Assembly (NCBI GenBank): GCA_043228905.1
Contig: JBHGNT010000014.1
Span: 930,001 to 994,000 of the forward strand
Length of the DNA: 64,000 nt
Source of the DNA: Azolla caroliniana
Lineage: Eukaryota > Plantae > Polypodiophyta
Reading direction: 5' to 3'
Shown: positions 23,488-37,322 of the stretch, piece by piece
Numbering within the stretch: the first letter of the stretch is position 1
How the letters are laid out: every line of letters starts with the position of its first letter
Position numbers and translations under genes: made by a program
Notes under the pieces: generated by a model
The model's input: the letters and a program-made list of their open reading frames with translations, nothing else
What the model was told of the DNA's origin: nothing
Databases searched by the model: none

Positions 23488-26400
23488 ACAATACTAGGTG
23501 ATAGATTTATCATGTGGACTGATATCCGAACTACTTCAACCCAAAAACCTTATGGCAGATTTGCATGATGCAACATAGAAACAACTCTATCTTGGATGGT
23601 TCTATTCATCCTTTCTGCCACACCATTTTGTACCAAAGTGTAAGGGGTAGTAAACTCTCTACGTATGCCTCTAGACTCACAAAAATCTCTAAACTCATGA
23701 GAGGTATACTCCCCTCCATTATCAGAACATAAAGCCTTAAGCTTTATTCCTTTTTCAGTCTCAATCGAGGCAAGCCATTTTCTAAAAATGGGGTATACAT
23801 CACCCTTTCCCTTTATGGGATACACCCACACCTTTCTTGTGGCATCATCAATAAATGTCACAAAATACAAAGCTCCACCCAATGATCTAGTAGGCATAGG
23901 GCCGCATACATCTATATGAACTAGATCCAAGGGTTCAATAGATGAATTAGAATTAATATTTGGATGCACACTTCTAGTTTGTTTACCATATTGACAATGC
24001 TCACAAACTGAAAAATTTGAAAATGACAACACAGGTAAATAGCCAAAACGTGATAGAGTTTCCATTCCAGTACGAGACATGTGACCTAAGCGACCATGCC
24101 AAATACAAGCCATAGGTTGTTCTGTGACTGTCAAAAGATGCTATTTTTTATGGACAACTAAAGGATAAAGTGAACCGACCTTGTTCCCTTTGGCAATAAC
24201 CATATTTCCTTTTGTAATACGAAAGGACTGGGAAGCAAATGTCACTTTAAAGCCAATGTTATCAAGTTGTCCAACAGACATTAAGCTACGAGTCAGCTTA
24301 GGCACATGGCGTACATTTTGTACAGTAAACAAAGAGCCATCAGAAAATTGTACCATGGCATCTCCAATTCCAATCACATCACATTGATGTGAATCTCCAA
24401 GTCGTACTGTATCAAGTGGTTTAGTTTCATATCGTGTGAACCACTCTCTATGTGGAGTCACATGAAATGAAGCACCAGAGTCTAATAACCATGTATGACC
24501 AAGCACATGAGCAATATTAGTCTCAGCATAGGTAGCATCATCATCCATGACCAAGATGTCAACACCATCATCGCGTGCGACATTTATTTCCTCTATCTTC
24601 ACTGAAGATGATGAACCCATCAACTGTTTAACATGCCCATCACCATGAGTTTTACCCTTTTCCCTTTCTTTGTTCTTCAAGGCATAACAATCTTTCTTGA
24701 AATGACCCTTCTTGTAGCAATAATGGCATTCCACAAGTCTCTTCCTAGACTTACTTCTGCTCTTGTCATGATTTCCATGACTATTTTTGGTATGTCTTCT
24801 ACCAGGTTGTTGGTTCTTGCCATGACCAGAATCTCGAACATTATATGCCTCTCCAACTTGTGAGGAAACCATAGATTTCCTACGTATTTCTTCACCCAAT
24901 AGTGCTCCACTTATGTTATTATACACCAATTTCCCGTTTGGTACACTAGCGCTAATAGCGGTGCAAAATGTGTCCCATGAGCTTGGCAATGTGCATAGCA
25001 AAAATACAACTTTCAGATCGTCATCCATGGTCATTTTTTGAGCTTGCAATTGCGACCATAATGCATCAAATTGATTTAAATGAGATGCAACACTATTTGT
25101 ATCCTTCATACGAAGGTCATATAGCTTCCTCTCAAATACACCTTGTTAGCTGCAGTTTCCTTCTCATAGGTATTGCATAGCTTTTTCCAAAGTTCTTCGG
25201 AGTTTTTGTTGTCTAAAACAATAAAGTAGACACTATCCTCCAAGTGCAATCTTATAGTGGACATGGTCAAGGCATCAAGTTCCTCCCAATCATCATCATC
25301 CATGTCATCCGGCTTCTTCGCTTTGCCGCCTAGGGGCCTCGTTGCTTTCTTTGAACCAATACATCACGCATCTAATTCTTCCACAAGCAAAATTAGATCC
25401 ATCAAATTTCTGGATCTCAATACGATCTTTTCCCAAAAATGAATAGTTCTTACTTGAACTATTGCAAGCAACAGAAGTGCTACTAGATGCATTCAACATT
25501 TCAGATTCCATGGGAGTGAACGATAGTATCAGGCAACAAAATACGATTGGGCAACAAAAAACTTGTAACTGACTAGCTTATGGCAAACTGTCAAAAAATG
25601 GTCCCAATAATGCGTGCAGCATGCACCACTGAAAGCATACCACTTCCAAAATATCAGTTGCAAACTGTCCAAAAAAGACTAATGCCACTCTTGCATATAA
25701 CACGCACCACTGAAAAACATATAATTTCCAAAATGTCAACGATGTTGACTAGGATACACCTCCCAAATCACAAATTGTAGGCATCTGCTTTGCTATACAT
25801 TCACACTGACCCCAAATCTCTCTTCCAAATGTGACAATAATATTGACTAGCATACATCTCCCAAATCACAAACTTCAGGCATCTGCTTTGCCATACATCC
25901 ACACTGACCCCAAATCTCTCTTCCAAATGTGACAAGGGGTCTCTCCCACCACAGCTTATTTCCACCAAAATATGTTTTGCTTATGATGGATAAACGGAGA
26001 GTTTAACCAAGAGAAATACCTGTGAATAGCAAGCTCCTTTCTTCAATGTCGAAGATGCTAGAGATGCCCAAGCTGAGCCCGATACTCCAACGCTCGCCAC
26101 ACGAATCTCCTACATTGTTGCTACGAGTCTCAGACGCTCGCTGCTTCCGACTCCAAAGCTTCCTATCGTTGTCTCCCAAGCTCTAATACCATTGTTGTAA
26201 GTTGATAAGGTAGAAAACCAAGATGGAATTGTTCTATTCTACTCCGAATCGTGATGCAAGGACAACAAGGATGAAGAACGAGCAGTGCTCCTTCTTAGTT
26301 GTAGTGTGCACGGCAGGAACAGGGGGCAAGCAACAAAGGGATTCAATAGACAACTCTTAATACAACATGAGGGTGGAGGTTACATCAGAGAGGAAGAGGT

Positions 26401-26556
26401 AGTGAATCTCCGCAACAGAGAAAAGCGGGGGGGGGGGGGGGGGGGGGGGAACGACAGAGACGAAGAAAACTCTCACTCACTCACTCACTCACACTCACTA
26501 AACTCGCTCTCTCCCCCCACACTACTAAGTGAAAGACCAGTTTTGGCCTTTTCACA
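23488..26556 (-). mobile_element. 5' half of a third copia: LTR 26193-26556, PBS, gag-PR-INT
   Basis: PBS TGGTATTAGAGC at 26191-26180. Motifs CHYCYKKGHFKKDC, WLLDSGAS and SDNGGEY. Integrase is cut at 23488 by the next LTR. Confidence 0.85.
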
Positions 26557-26589
26557 CTTAGCATGTATCGGGGATACATGTATAACATT

Positions 26590-27071
26590 GCACCCAAACA
26601 TTCATTTCCAATCATATCTTCTTCACTAACAATATCATTTTTAATGACCAATCTTTATGTGAAAGTGCATAGATACAACAAAGTTCTATTGTGGATCAAA
26701 ACATTCTTTCCTAGTCATATTACCATCACTGGAATTCCCACCCGAGTCCTGACCCATTTCCAAGAAAACAATGCATAGATATTGTTGAGAATCAAGCTCA
26801 ACTTGGTCTAGTGTGTGAACTCACCTTGAGAGTGAATAGACACTCCAACAATCAAGAGTCACCATTATGTCACCACTTTGTATTCTAGCATTTAATATGA
26901 GTCATAAAATCATATTCTATGACACATAACGTATGAGCTTTCACATTCCCCTCACTTGTAGTTAATGAAGAGAGTGGGTGACTATATAAAGCACCCTCCT
27001 CCCACCTTGTATAATGTTGAGTCTTTCTCCTTTGTTAATATACTTTTACCTTACGTATTCTCTATCTTAAT

Positions 27072-27131
<60 letters not shown>

Positions 27132-30100
27132 CACACACACAGTTCACACCTATTCCGCTACACAAGAATCATACCCGATTCTTTACATGGTATCAGAGTG
27201 GTTTGGTAGCTCCATCTAGCCCATCCGTGTGTGTTGAGTTCTACGCCAACGTTCAAGAAGAACCAGCTCATCGTTGTCGTAGCTTCGCTACATAGCTCGC
27301 ATTCGAAGAGAGAAGAAGAAGAAGAAGAATCGACATAATGAATACTCAAATGGGGAGCGCTCTCCCTACTGAGAAGTTGGATCGAAACAACTTCGCATCT
27401 TGGGAGTACAAGATGCACCAATACCTTGTCAGACAAGGCTATTGGAGCTACATCAAAGGAGAGCACGAAGACCGACCCGCCGAACCGGCTCTCGGATAAG
27501 CGAGATGGGAGCAAGCCGCAAGCCGCGTGATGTATTGCTTGGTGACATGTGTTCACGATCACATGCTCGGCTACATTCGCGAAGCCAAGATGCCGAAGGA
27601 GGCATGGGAAAAACTACGAAAGATTTTCACGGCGAATACAACCGCAAGAAGGCTTCAACTCCGCCAAGAGTTGAACAACATTCAACAAAGGGACATGTCC
27701 ATCACGACATACACCTTGAAGATCAAGGAGCTTTGCGACGCGCTCGGCTCGATAAGCGTAAGTATCGATGATGATGAGATAGTGCAAATATGCCACGGCG
27801 GCCTCGCACCACGGTTCGGCGCGATGCAAACCGTTGTTCTAGTAAGGGAGAAATCTCCCTCCTTCTTCGAGCTCCAATCAATGCTATTGGTCGAAGAAAA
27901 CCACGTGAGTACAAGGAGCAATGAGTCGGAAGGCCACATGCTCTACACGCACTCGAACGGAGGAAGAGGACGCGGACGAACGAGAGGCCAATTCGGCCAA
28001 GGACAAGGCGGACGAGGTTCGACCTACGACAACAACTCCCAATTTCGGCCGCAAAACGGAAGCCAACGAGGAACCTTCGCAAGAAGGGGGAGCTTCCACT
28101 CCGGCCCGAGCCGTGAAAACGCAACCGAATGTAGATATTGCGGAAAGCTCGGTCACCACGAAGAAGAGTATCGAAAGAAGATGCGCGAATCGGCTTCCAC
28201 AAGTTCACAACTCACGAATTACGCGCACAATTCCGACTACGAAGAGTATAGCGGAATGTACGGGCACAACTCCGACTATGAAGATCGTGGCGGAATGTAT
28301 GCACACAACTCCGACCGTGGCGGAATGTTCATGATGAAACATAGAGCAAACTCTATGTCGGCCTCTACCTCAACTAGTGCCCTCAATCCGGAGGACGTAT
28401 GGTTTGTTGACTCCGGAGCCTCAAACCCTATGACATCTCATAAATAATGGTTTCTCGAACTTTGAGAGCCAGAGCGACCCCGGTTATGTCAAAACCGGAG
28501 ATGACACTACACACCCGATTCGGCACATCGGCAATGTTCCGTTCGGCGAAAGAGGTAAGCAAACATACATTAAAAATGTCTTGCATGTTCCCACCATCAC
28601 AAAGAATTTGGTCTCGGTCGGCCAAATGGTTGAGCAAGGGATGCAAGTACGATTCGACCAAGAAGGGCGCTTCATCGAAAAAGAGGGCCGAATCATCGCG
28701 CGCGGAAGAAGAGTGGGCCGGATGTTCATTCTCAATTCACACGAGATGAAATCCACCATGTTCGCAAAAAGCACAAAAGCCGACTCCGACATAGAGCTAT
28801 GGCACAAGCAAATCGGCCACATCAATCTCAACAAACTCAAAGCAATGAAATCGAAAGGAGTCGTCATCGAACTCCCAACATTCAAAGAGAAGGAGATTGA
28901 AGGTGTATGCGAAGAGTGCCAATTTGGCAAGCAACACCGACACCCATTCCCGAAAGAGCAGAACGTGAGCAAAGGTCTACTCGACGTAGTCCATTCCGAC
29001 GTATGGGGACCGGCACAGACGGCTACATTCGGCGGATGCCGATATTACGTGCTCTTCATCGACGACTTCTCTAGGCACACTTGGATCTACTCGATGTGAC
29101 AAAAGAGCGAAGTGTTCGGAGACTTCCAAACATTCAAGAGTAAATTCGAGAAAGCTACGGGTGACATGTACGATGTCTCCGATCGGATGGCGGCAAGGAG
29201 TACTTCTCGGACGATTTCACGGCGTATCTCCGAAAAGAAGGAATTCGGCGATAATTCACTTGTCGACACACTCCGCAACAAAATGGAGTAGCCGGGCGCA
29301 AAAATCAGCACATCCTCGAAGTAGCGTGGGCCATGATGAACGAGAAGCATATGCCCAAGTCATATTGGGCCGAAGCTGCAAATACGGTCGTCTACCTAAT
29401 GAACCGATGCACAACATCAGAGTGCACGAGGTCACTCCGCACGAAAAATACTTTGGAAAGAAGTCGGACCTATCGCATGTTCGAATATTCAGCTCCATTG
29501 CGTACGTGCACATCCCCGACGAGAAGCGTCAAAAGCTGGACCCAAAGTTGGAGAAATGTATCCTTGTAGGATACTCACTGGAGCAAAAGGGGTACAAGTG
29601 CTACAACCCCTCAACTCGAAAATCTCGAGTAAGTCGAGACGTCATTTTTGACGAGTCCGCATCCTGGTACGCACTAGAGACAACTTCGACTCCGACTCCG
29701 CTCGACCTGGAATCCGCCGAACAAGAGATAGAGGATGAAGATCACCTTACACACATGTTCGAAGAAAGTCCGATCCCAACCCGACTGAGCGGACCACAAG
29801 AGTCTTTAAGCGATCAAAGCACATCATGACCTAGCTTGAAGATGGACAAAGGCAAGGCGAAAATGACAGAATATGAAGACGATCGCTTCGACGACGATGA
29901 CTCGACTCACTCACTCGACACTGAGTTCGGCGGCTTCGATGTACCAATTGGAGCTAAGAAATCCCTCATCTCTGCAAATGAAAAGCTATGTCGCTCCACC
30001 CGTGAAAAGAATCCAGTCAGCCGATTCGGCTACAACGACTACATGGCATATCACTATGCCTTTATGATGAAGGTGGCGACAGTACGCATGCCGGAAACAT

Positions 30101-32800
30101 TTTCCAAAGCAGCCAAGGATCCGCGATGGATCGAAGCCATGAACGAGGAGATGCAGGCACTACACAAGAACGAGACATGGGATCTCGTTCCCACCTCACC
30201 ACACAAAAAGTCGATCGGATGCAGATGGATTTACAAAGTGAAGTACAACATCGATGGTCCCGTCAACCGCTACAAAGCACGACTCGTAGCGAAAGGCTAT
30301 GCCCAAACGCACGGAGTTGACTACGAGGAGACCTTTGCCCCGGTGGCAAAGATGATGACGGTACGGACCATAATTGCGCTTTCCGCGGCGAAAGGGTGGC
30401 ACCTCCATCAAATGGACGTCAAGGACGCATTTCTGCAAGGCGAATTAGAAGAGGTGTACATGATACAACCACCCGGCTTCAACTCGAGCACCCATCCAAA
30501 AGTTGTATGCCGACTCAAGAAGCCACTCTACGGCCTCAAGCAAGCACCGCGTGCTTGGCATTTGAAGATAACGCAATATCTTCATCAAATCGGCTTCCGT
30601 ATGTCAAAATCGAACAACTCCCTCTACATACGAAGTGATTCCACAAGTCTGATCGTCATCATCTTATATGTGGATGACCTAGTCATTGGAGGTGAGCATC
30701 TCGTTGAAATCAATAAGGTCAAATCCCTACTTTCCGACAAGTTCGAGATGACAGACATGAAGGAGCTCCACTACTTCCTCGGCATCGAGGTAATTCGGAC
30801 TCCGGCCGGAATCATGATCTCTCAACGGCACTACATCCTCAACTTGTTATAGAAGTTCGGTATGGCTGAGTGCAAATCCGTGGCAACCCCGCTCGATCGC
30901 AATCTCAAACTCAATGCGAACTCCGGCACCAAAGCGTGTGAGCCGACTCAGTATCGGCAAATCATCGGGAGTCTCATCTACCTCACGATCACTCGACCCG
31001 ATCTCAGTTATACGATCGGTCTCCTTAGCCAATTCATGCGAAACCGTGTGATATTCACTTGGATTGCGCTAAGCGAGTTCTACGATACGTGAGCGGCACA
31101 ATGGATTGTGGCATCCTCTACAAGACCGCGATGCCAATACGACTCGAGGGGTACACAGACGCCGATTGGGCCGGCTACAAAGCCGATAGAAGATCAACCT
31201 CCGGATTTGTCTTTTCCCTTGGCAACGGAACAATATCCTAGACCAGCAAAAAGCAACCAATCGTCGCTCTTTCGAGCACTGAGGCGGAATACAAGAGCGC
31301 GGCAGTGGCCGCATGTGAAGTCGTATGGCTCAAAAGGATACTCAAGGATCTGGGCGTACCCATCAAGGATCTGACTTCCCTTTACTGCGACAACATGAGC
31401 AGTATCTATCTAGCTCGGAACCCGGTGTTCCACTCGCGGACAAAGCACATCAAAGTGCACTATCACTTCATCCAAGAGCGTGTTCTAGCTGGCGATGTTG
31501 ACCTACAACACATTAGCACAAATCTTCAAATGGTCGACATCTTCGCTAAAGCCTTAGGAGCCGACAAGCTATGGCAATTCATGACCGATCTTGGATTGAC
31601 GATCCCTAACCTGCCAAGCTTGAGGGGGAGTACTGAAGACGCTACGCAATAATGCGTGGATTCCGCAAACCGCACACACTACACAATAACGCGTGGATTC
31701 CGCAACCACGCAACGAAGCCGCGAAGAGCCGATCTACTGCGTAAAGCCGCGAAGAAAGACGCATGTTGAAGCACAGACTTCACAACTACGCACAACGCAA
31801 GCTGGAGCACGGATTCCGCAACTCCGCATAAATGCGAGCCGACGCGAACTCCAGAACGCGAGTCGAAGCGGATTTCAAATACCTTCTAAAACCGACCCGA
31901 CTTGAGATTGAGGGGGCATGTTGAGAATCAAGCTCAACTTGGTCTACTATGTGAACTCACCTTGAGAGTGAATAGACACTCCAACAGTCAAGAGTCACCA
32001 TTATGTCACCACTTTGTATTCTAGCATTTAGTATGAGTCATAGAATCATATTCTATGACACATAACTTATGAGCTTTCACATTCCCCATGCTCCATGAGT
32101 CTTGTAGTTAATGAAGAGAGTGGGTGACTATATAAAGCACCCTCCTCCCACCTTGTATAATGTTGAGTCTTTCTCCTTTGTTAATATACTTTTACCTTGC
32201 GTATTCTCTGTGTCTTACTCCTTGTCTCTCGCACTCTCTCTCTCTCTCTCATACACACACACAGTTCACACCTATTCCGCAACACAAGAATCATACCCGA
32301 TTCTTTACAGATATGAACATATTCTACGATATGATATGCGTAACACTAGCACTCATTCTAGTCATCTTAAAATGCAAAGATATGCAAATTCTCTACGTTG
32401 TCTAAATTCTTCCACGAAGATGATTTTAAACAAGAAATTTTCACATACCATTCGGAAAGAGAGGAATTGGGTGACCTAAGTCAAGTTGCAATGTGGGGTT
32501 AAAGGCAGATTATCCTTCTTGATGTGGGTTTTAGAGGGATTTGCTTGAGCTTTCTCCAGTATGTGAAGGAACAGAGTATTTTGAGACTGCCTCTGAAGAA
32601 GAGATGTATGAGGCTGAGGGTCATCTGGAAGAACACTATAGAGAGGAGAATGAAGAAAAACCATAATCCTCATCTTCCTCCTCCTTCTCCTTCTCCTTCT
32701 TGCTTTCTTCCTTATGTGATGATGTACTAAGAGTTAGAGTCAAATTTCAATACACACAACACACTAAGATAGGAATATGTTATGCATGTATATGTATATG
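26590..32800 (+). repeat. Duplicate of ~920-1600, split by a copia insertion
   Basis: 26590-26782 matches ~920-1113 and 32310-32800 matches ~1109-1600. Confidence 0.9.
26783..32309 (+). mobile_element. Full-length Ty1/copia LTR retrotransposon, disabled
   Basis: LTRs at 26783-27187 and 31919-32309, TSD GATAT, PBS TGGTATCAGAG, PPT GAGGGGG. Motifs WFVDSGA, HSDVWGP and ILYVDDL; many frameshifts. Confidence 0.95.
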
Positions 32801-32819
32801 TATACAGAATATGTTATGC

Positions 32820-32852
<33 letters not shown>

Positions 32853-34932
32853 AGATGATATGATGTGTCTTGTGTGTAATATGAACCTAGAAGTACCAAG
32901 TGGTTGAGCAAATAACAAAGAGACACTCGAAAGAGGAGGGTGTCAAACATTCTGTGTCAAATCGTGGAACCAAGCCATTGAAACAATCATATCCGCCACC
33001 CCTCTTTTGCCAAGCAAAGAAATGTCGTAAGCACACCATTGTTTTTTTACTTGTCAAGTATATGATTATTCACACAACATTGTTTGAGTAATGGCATTAG
33101 GTGGGTTAGACATTGGTTACATCATGCTTCAACAATCTATTAATATATAAAACATAATCTTTACCTTGTCCAAGGTTTCAATCATTTGTGCATTCTCTAT
33201 TTTCTATGCAATTGGTAGCATGATATTGGAGAGGCCCAACACTTTTTCTATGACATTGTATATCTTTGGAGGTGGACATTCGAGCAAGAGTCGTGGCAAG
33301 TGAACCAAGTTTGTGAATGTTTAGGTACGTAGCGCATATGCATCTTGGTGGGGCAAGGTGTTGCAGCTAGTACATATTGACTAGAAAGGCCAATTGGGCA
33401 AAGTAGTGTGAACCTTAAGGAGATATGGTAGGGCTTGGAGGGTAACTCTTTTACTATATTGGTTACAAAGCAACTATTGTGAATATGTATGGTGCTTATT
33501 AGCTTAAGGTTTGTTGCCTCTCTCAACATTTGGTTCACATTCTTTCTTGTTGCCCGTGGTTCTATGTTTGCCTCAATATCTGGATTCTTCACTTTGCCCT
33601 ATTATTGCCAATAGAAGATGTCTCGTGCTAACCTCCATAGAATTTTGTAGCATTATTGCGTTACGACACTCTTCAATTGCATGTAAACCAATGATCATAG
33701 TAGAATGTGGAGTGCGAGAAATTACATCTCAATCTTGGATTGTCAAAACTTGGCAAGAATTGTGGACGGAATTGGGCAACAATACATATGAAAGGGAATA
33801 TTGGCTCAAGCAAGTTCTATCTTACGAGAATATTGCATGAGATTCGAATGTGGAAATTTGATTTGGTAGCTGCCCGCATAAATGAGTTTCATGCGGTCAT
33901 CAACGATTAAATGTGCATGAGCATATTCTATTCTTTTATTAAATATATCACAACTCGAGGTATACACTTATAAATTTCATAAAAATAATGTTGGCTATCT
34001 ACCACAACTTTGATTCTTCTGCCCCATTTTCAAAATTATACGAGAATTGGTTTGGAGAAAACAAATTGTTTGAACTTGGAATTTCGGAAACAACTATAGC
34101 CCTATATTAATGTAACTTCATCGACAAAAACATGAATGGCAAAGTGATATCTTTGTAACAATGTTGGCAGAATCTTGAAACAACATTGAGGTATATGTAT
34201 TGACATCTCGTAAATGAGAGCGCATTGAAGGGAAATATGTATACACATTATCATTGTTAACCTCGTTATTTTGCTCATTAATTTGCACATTCAATGTGCC
34301 TAAATGATATAACAAACAAGGAGCACAAATTATCATTGTAAATTCTCAAATATGTCATCTCATTCTCATTTATGTTAAGACTCTTTGCATTCTTTTTCAT
34401 TGAATGCCGATTTTTTTCGAGGCACCACTCTACTATTCCTCTCATTTCTAATTGTAATTGTTGTGAGGGCGTGTGCCAAAAGGCCGATAAAAAGCTAATC
34501 TTGGTAGAAAGTGTCATAAAAAGGATTATTCTTTATCTTTCATTGATCAAATAGTCCCACTTCTAATCCCTCTCTTCTCTATCTCCTTTTTCAGACCGTA
34601 CACACGTTGGGTAAGAAATATACCTCCATCCCCCTTACCATAGAATACCCCTCTATTTTCCAAGCTCCAAAACATTGGTGATAATCAATCTTTTCTCATT
34701 TTTCAAAATTCTCTTCAAATAGTTCTCTCCCTCGACACACTTTCCCCTTTCTCTAGAAAGCATCGGTGATAATCAAACGAGAATGAGAAATTTGTTGATG
34801 GACATGCAATGTAGACATATTGTAGATAGTACTTTGAGAATTCCGAAAAATGAGGAGTACGTTGGGAGCCGTAAAATTTTGTAGAGAAAATGGTGGATTA
34901 ACTCAGAATTGGATGTGTTAGGCATTGTGTTA

Positions 34933-35089
34933 GTATCACACTTCCCCTTCTTGGATGCCTGAATTAGTATCCCATACACAACATGAGACTACCCCTGCAT
35001 TTAAAAAAAAAAAACACTTCTATCTTTTTTATAGCAATGGAAGCATCACTTTGAGGATCAAACACCATATAAGGTAGGAATATGTTATA

Positions 35090-35142
<53 letters not shown>

Positions 35143-35179
35143 ATACGCATGTAAGATAGGAATATGTTATATGTGTATG

Positions 35180-35263
<84 letters not shown>

Positions 35264-35345
35264 CGCATGTAAGATAGGAATATGTATATGTATGTGTATA
35301 TGTATATGTATACGCATGTGTGTGTGTGTGTTTTGGTTCTATCTA
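34933..35345 (+). repeat. Deletion-collapsed copy of ~410-2030
   Basis: Successive matches to 410-448, 660-748 and the microsatellite header at ~1560. Confidence 0.75.
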
Positions 35346-35725
35346 TCTCCATATATCTATCTATCTTTATCTATCTTTATCTTTTTGCTTTTTTGCTTTT
35401 TTGCTTTTGATTTGATTTTGATTTTATCCGTCCCCTAGAACAAAAAAGAGAGGAGGAAGACAAAGGAATGTCTTTTGTGGCTTGGGCGCCAAAAATAGAG
35501 ACAACACAGAACCAATGAAGCCAATATAAGTGTGTTGTATAGACACCTCCCCTTTCCTACACACACGCACCACTTCCCATCATCTTTCCTCAAGTCTTAG
35601 CGCCTTTAGCTAGCCAATCTTTTAACACTTATCAAACCCCCCCCCCCCCACAATCCTCTTAACAATCCTTCCTTCCTTCCTCTCTAGGCTCTAGCCACCA
35701 CCAAAACATCACGAAGAAGAAGAAG

Positions 35726-36970
35726 ATGGTGGTGGCTGCCTTGACCATGACCATGACCATGACCATGACCATGTGCCTCTTGTCATGGTCATTTATCCTT
35801 CCCGCGGTAGCCGCCATATCGTCGTCGTCGTCTTTGTCGGCTCACCTGGCTTCGGGCTCCCCGATGCCTTCGTTTTGCCACTCCGACTTCACCACCATGT
35901 TTGCGGTGGGCGACTCCACGACCGACACGGGCAACGCGGTCCGCAGCCCCCAGCACGCCGTCTTCCAGTCGGCCCTGGACGCTCCCTACGGCTCCTCCTA
36001 CTTCGCCCGCCCCACGGGCCGCTTCAGCGATGGCCGCATGATGGTGGACATCGTGACCCAAGCGCTCCACCGAGACTTGTTACCCCCGCATCTGGGCCTC
36101 TCCTCCAACCTCTCCCACGGAAGCCAGAATTTCGCGGTGGCCGGCGCCACCGCGCTGCCCGCCCCGGACCTCGCCCGGCTTGCCTCCGGCGCCGCATCCG
36201 TCACCCCCTTCTCATTGGGCGTCCAGGTCTCATCGCTCCTTGGGGTAGACTTCGACGGCGACGCATTGGTCTTCGTGGGCGAGATCGGCGGCAACGACTA
36301 CAATTACGCCTTCGCCAAGCGCCTCCAGCCCCCCCAAGTCATGGCCCTCGTCCCACACGTCGTCGCGGAGGTGGAGCGGCAGCTCGATCGCCTCCTATCG
36401 TCCCAGCCGCGAGTGAAGAAGATGATCATCTTGGGCCAATTCCCCTTGGGTTGCATCTCTCTCTACCTCGGCCAGTCCGGTAATACCAACATGTCATTCC
36501 CTCTCGATAGCCACGGATGCATCGCCCCCATCAGCGCCGTGACCGACCTCCACGACAAGCTCCTCAAGCTCTCCGTGGCGGATCTCCGCCGGAAGCACCC
36601 CCACGTAGAGATCGTTTTCTTCGACCTCGGGCCCGCGTATCTCGAAGTACTTGACCACGCCGCGGGGTTCGGGTTCTTGGAGACGGCGAGACCATGCTAC
36701 CTATCGGCCACGCTCTTGCGGTTGTTACCGGGCGGCAGTGGCCCAATGAGTATGAGCAGCAGCACCACCATGGCTGGAGGAGGAGAAGGTACGATGGCCG
36801 TCGCCGGAGGCGGCAAGGTGTGCATGCATCCCGCCAATTACTTCAGTTGGGATGGAATCCACCTAACGGATGCAATGCACCGAGCCCTCGTCTCTCGCTT
36901 CCTCTACACTAGCCTTCGCGGCGACCCATTTGCCGAACCTCACCCCAACTTCCTCACACCTTGCGTGTAG
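35726..36970 (+). CDS. GDSL esterase/lipase, single exon, paralog of 2313-3590
   Basis: 414-aa ORF with FAVGDSTTDTGN, GRFSDGR, EIGGNDY, WDGIHLTD and a signal peptide. Confidence 0.93.
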   Translation: MVVAALTMTMTMTMTMCLLSWSFILPAVAAISSSSSLSAHLASGSPMPSFCHSDFTTMFAVGDSTTDTGNAVRSPQHAVFQSALDAPYGSSYFARPTGRFSDGRMMVDIVTQALHRDLLPPHLGLSSNLSHGSQNFAVAGATALPAPDLARLASGAASVTPFSLGVQVSSLLGVDFDGDALVFVGEIGGNDYNYAFAKRLQPPQVMALVPHVVAEVERQLDRLLSSQPRVKKMIILGQFPLGCISLYLGQSGNTNMSFPLDSHGCIAPISAVTDLHDKLLKLSVADLRRKHPHVEIVFFDLGPAYLEVLDHAAGFGFLETARPCYLSATLLRLLPGGSGPMSMSSSTTMAGGGEGTMAVAGGGKVCMHPANYFSWDGIHLTDAMHRALVSRFLYTSLRGDPFAEPHPNFLTPCV

Positions 36971-37290
36971 GCGGTGTCCCGCCTCCCCCCCGGTGTGCCA
37001 CCGCCGCCACACCATTTGTCCATAGATAAATATATACATACATATATACATTAATATAGATAGATTAGAAATAAGTGCTTGACAATTCATAGTGTAGACA
37101 ATTGGATTATGTTATTCACACCATTTATTTTATTCTATTCTATTCTATTCTATTTATTTGATGTTGGAGCACCCGTAATGTTTTCACATTCGGTTGCCAC
37201 TTCGTGGCTCCGCTGCCGCCGCCACCACCAGCCACTTATCCATCCATCCATACATCTGGTTATATCTATGTTTTTAGTTTGAATTTATAG

Positions 37291-37322
<32 letters not shown>

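Noticed and set aside
35773-36483. Overlapping alternative-frame and antisense ORFs in the GDSL genes
   Set aside because: An expected by-product of high GC and few stop codons.
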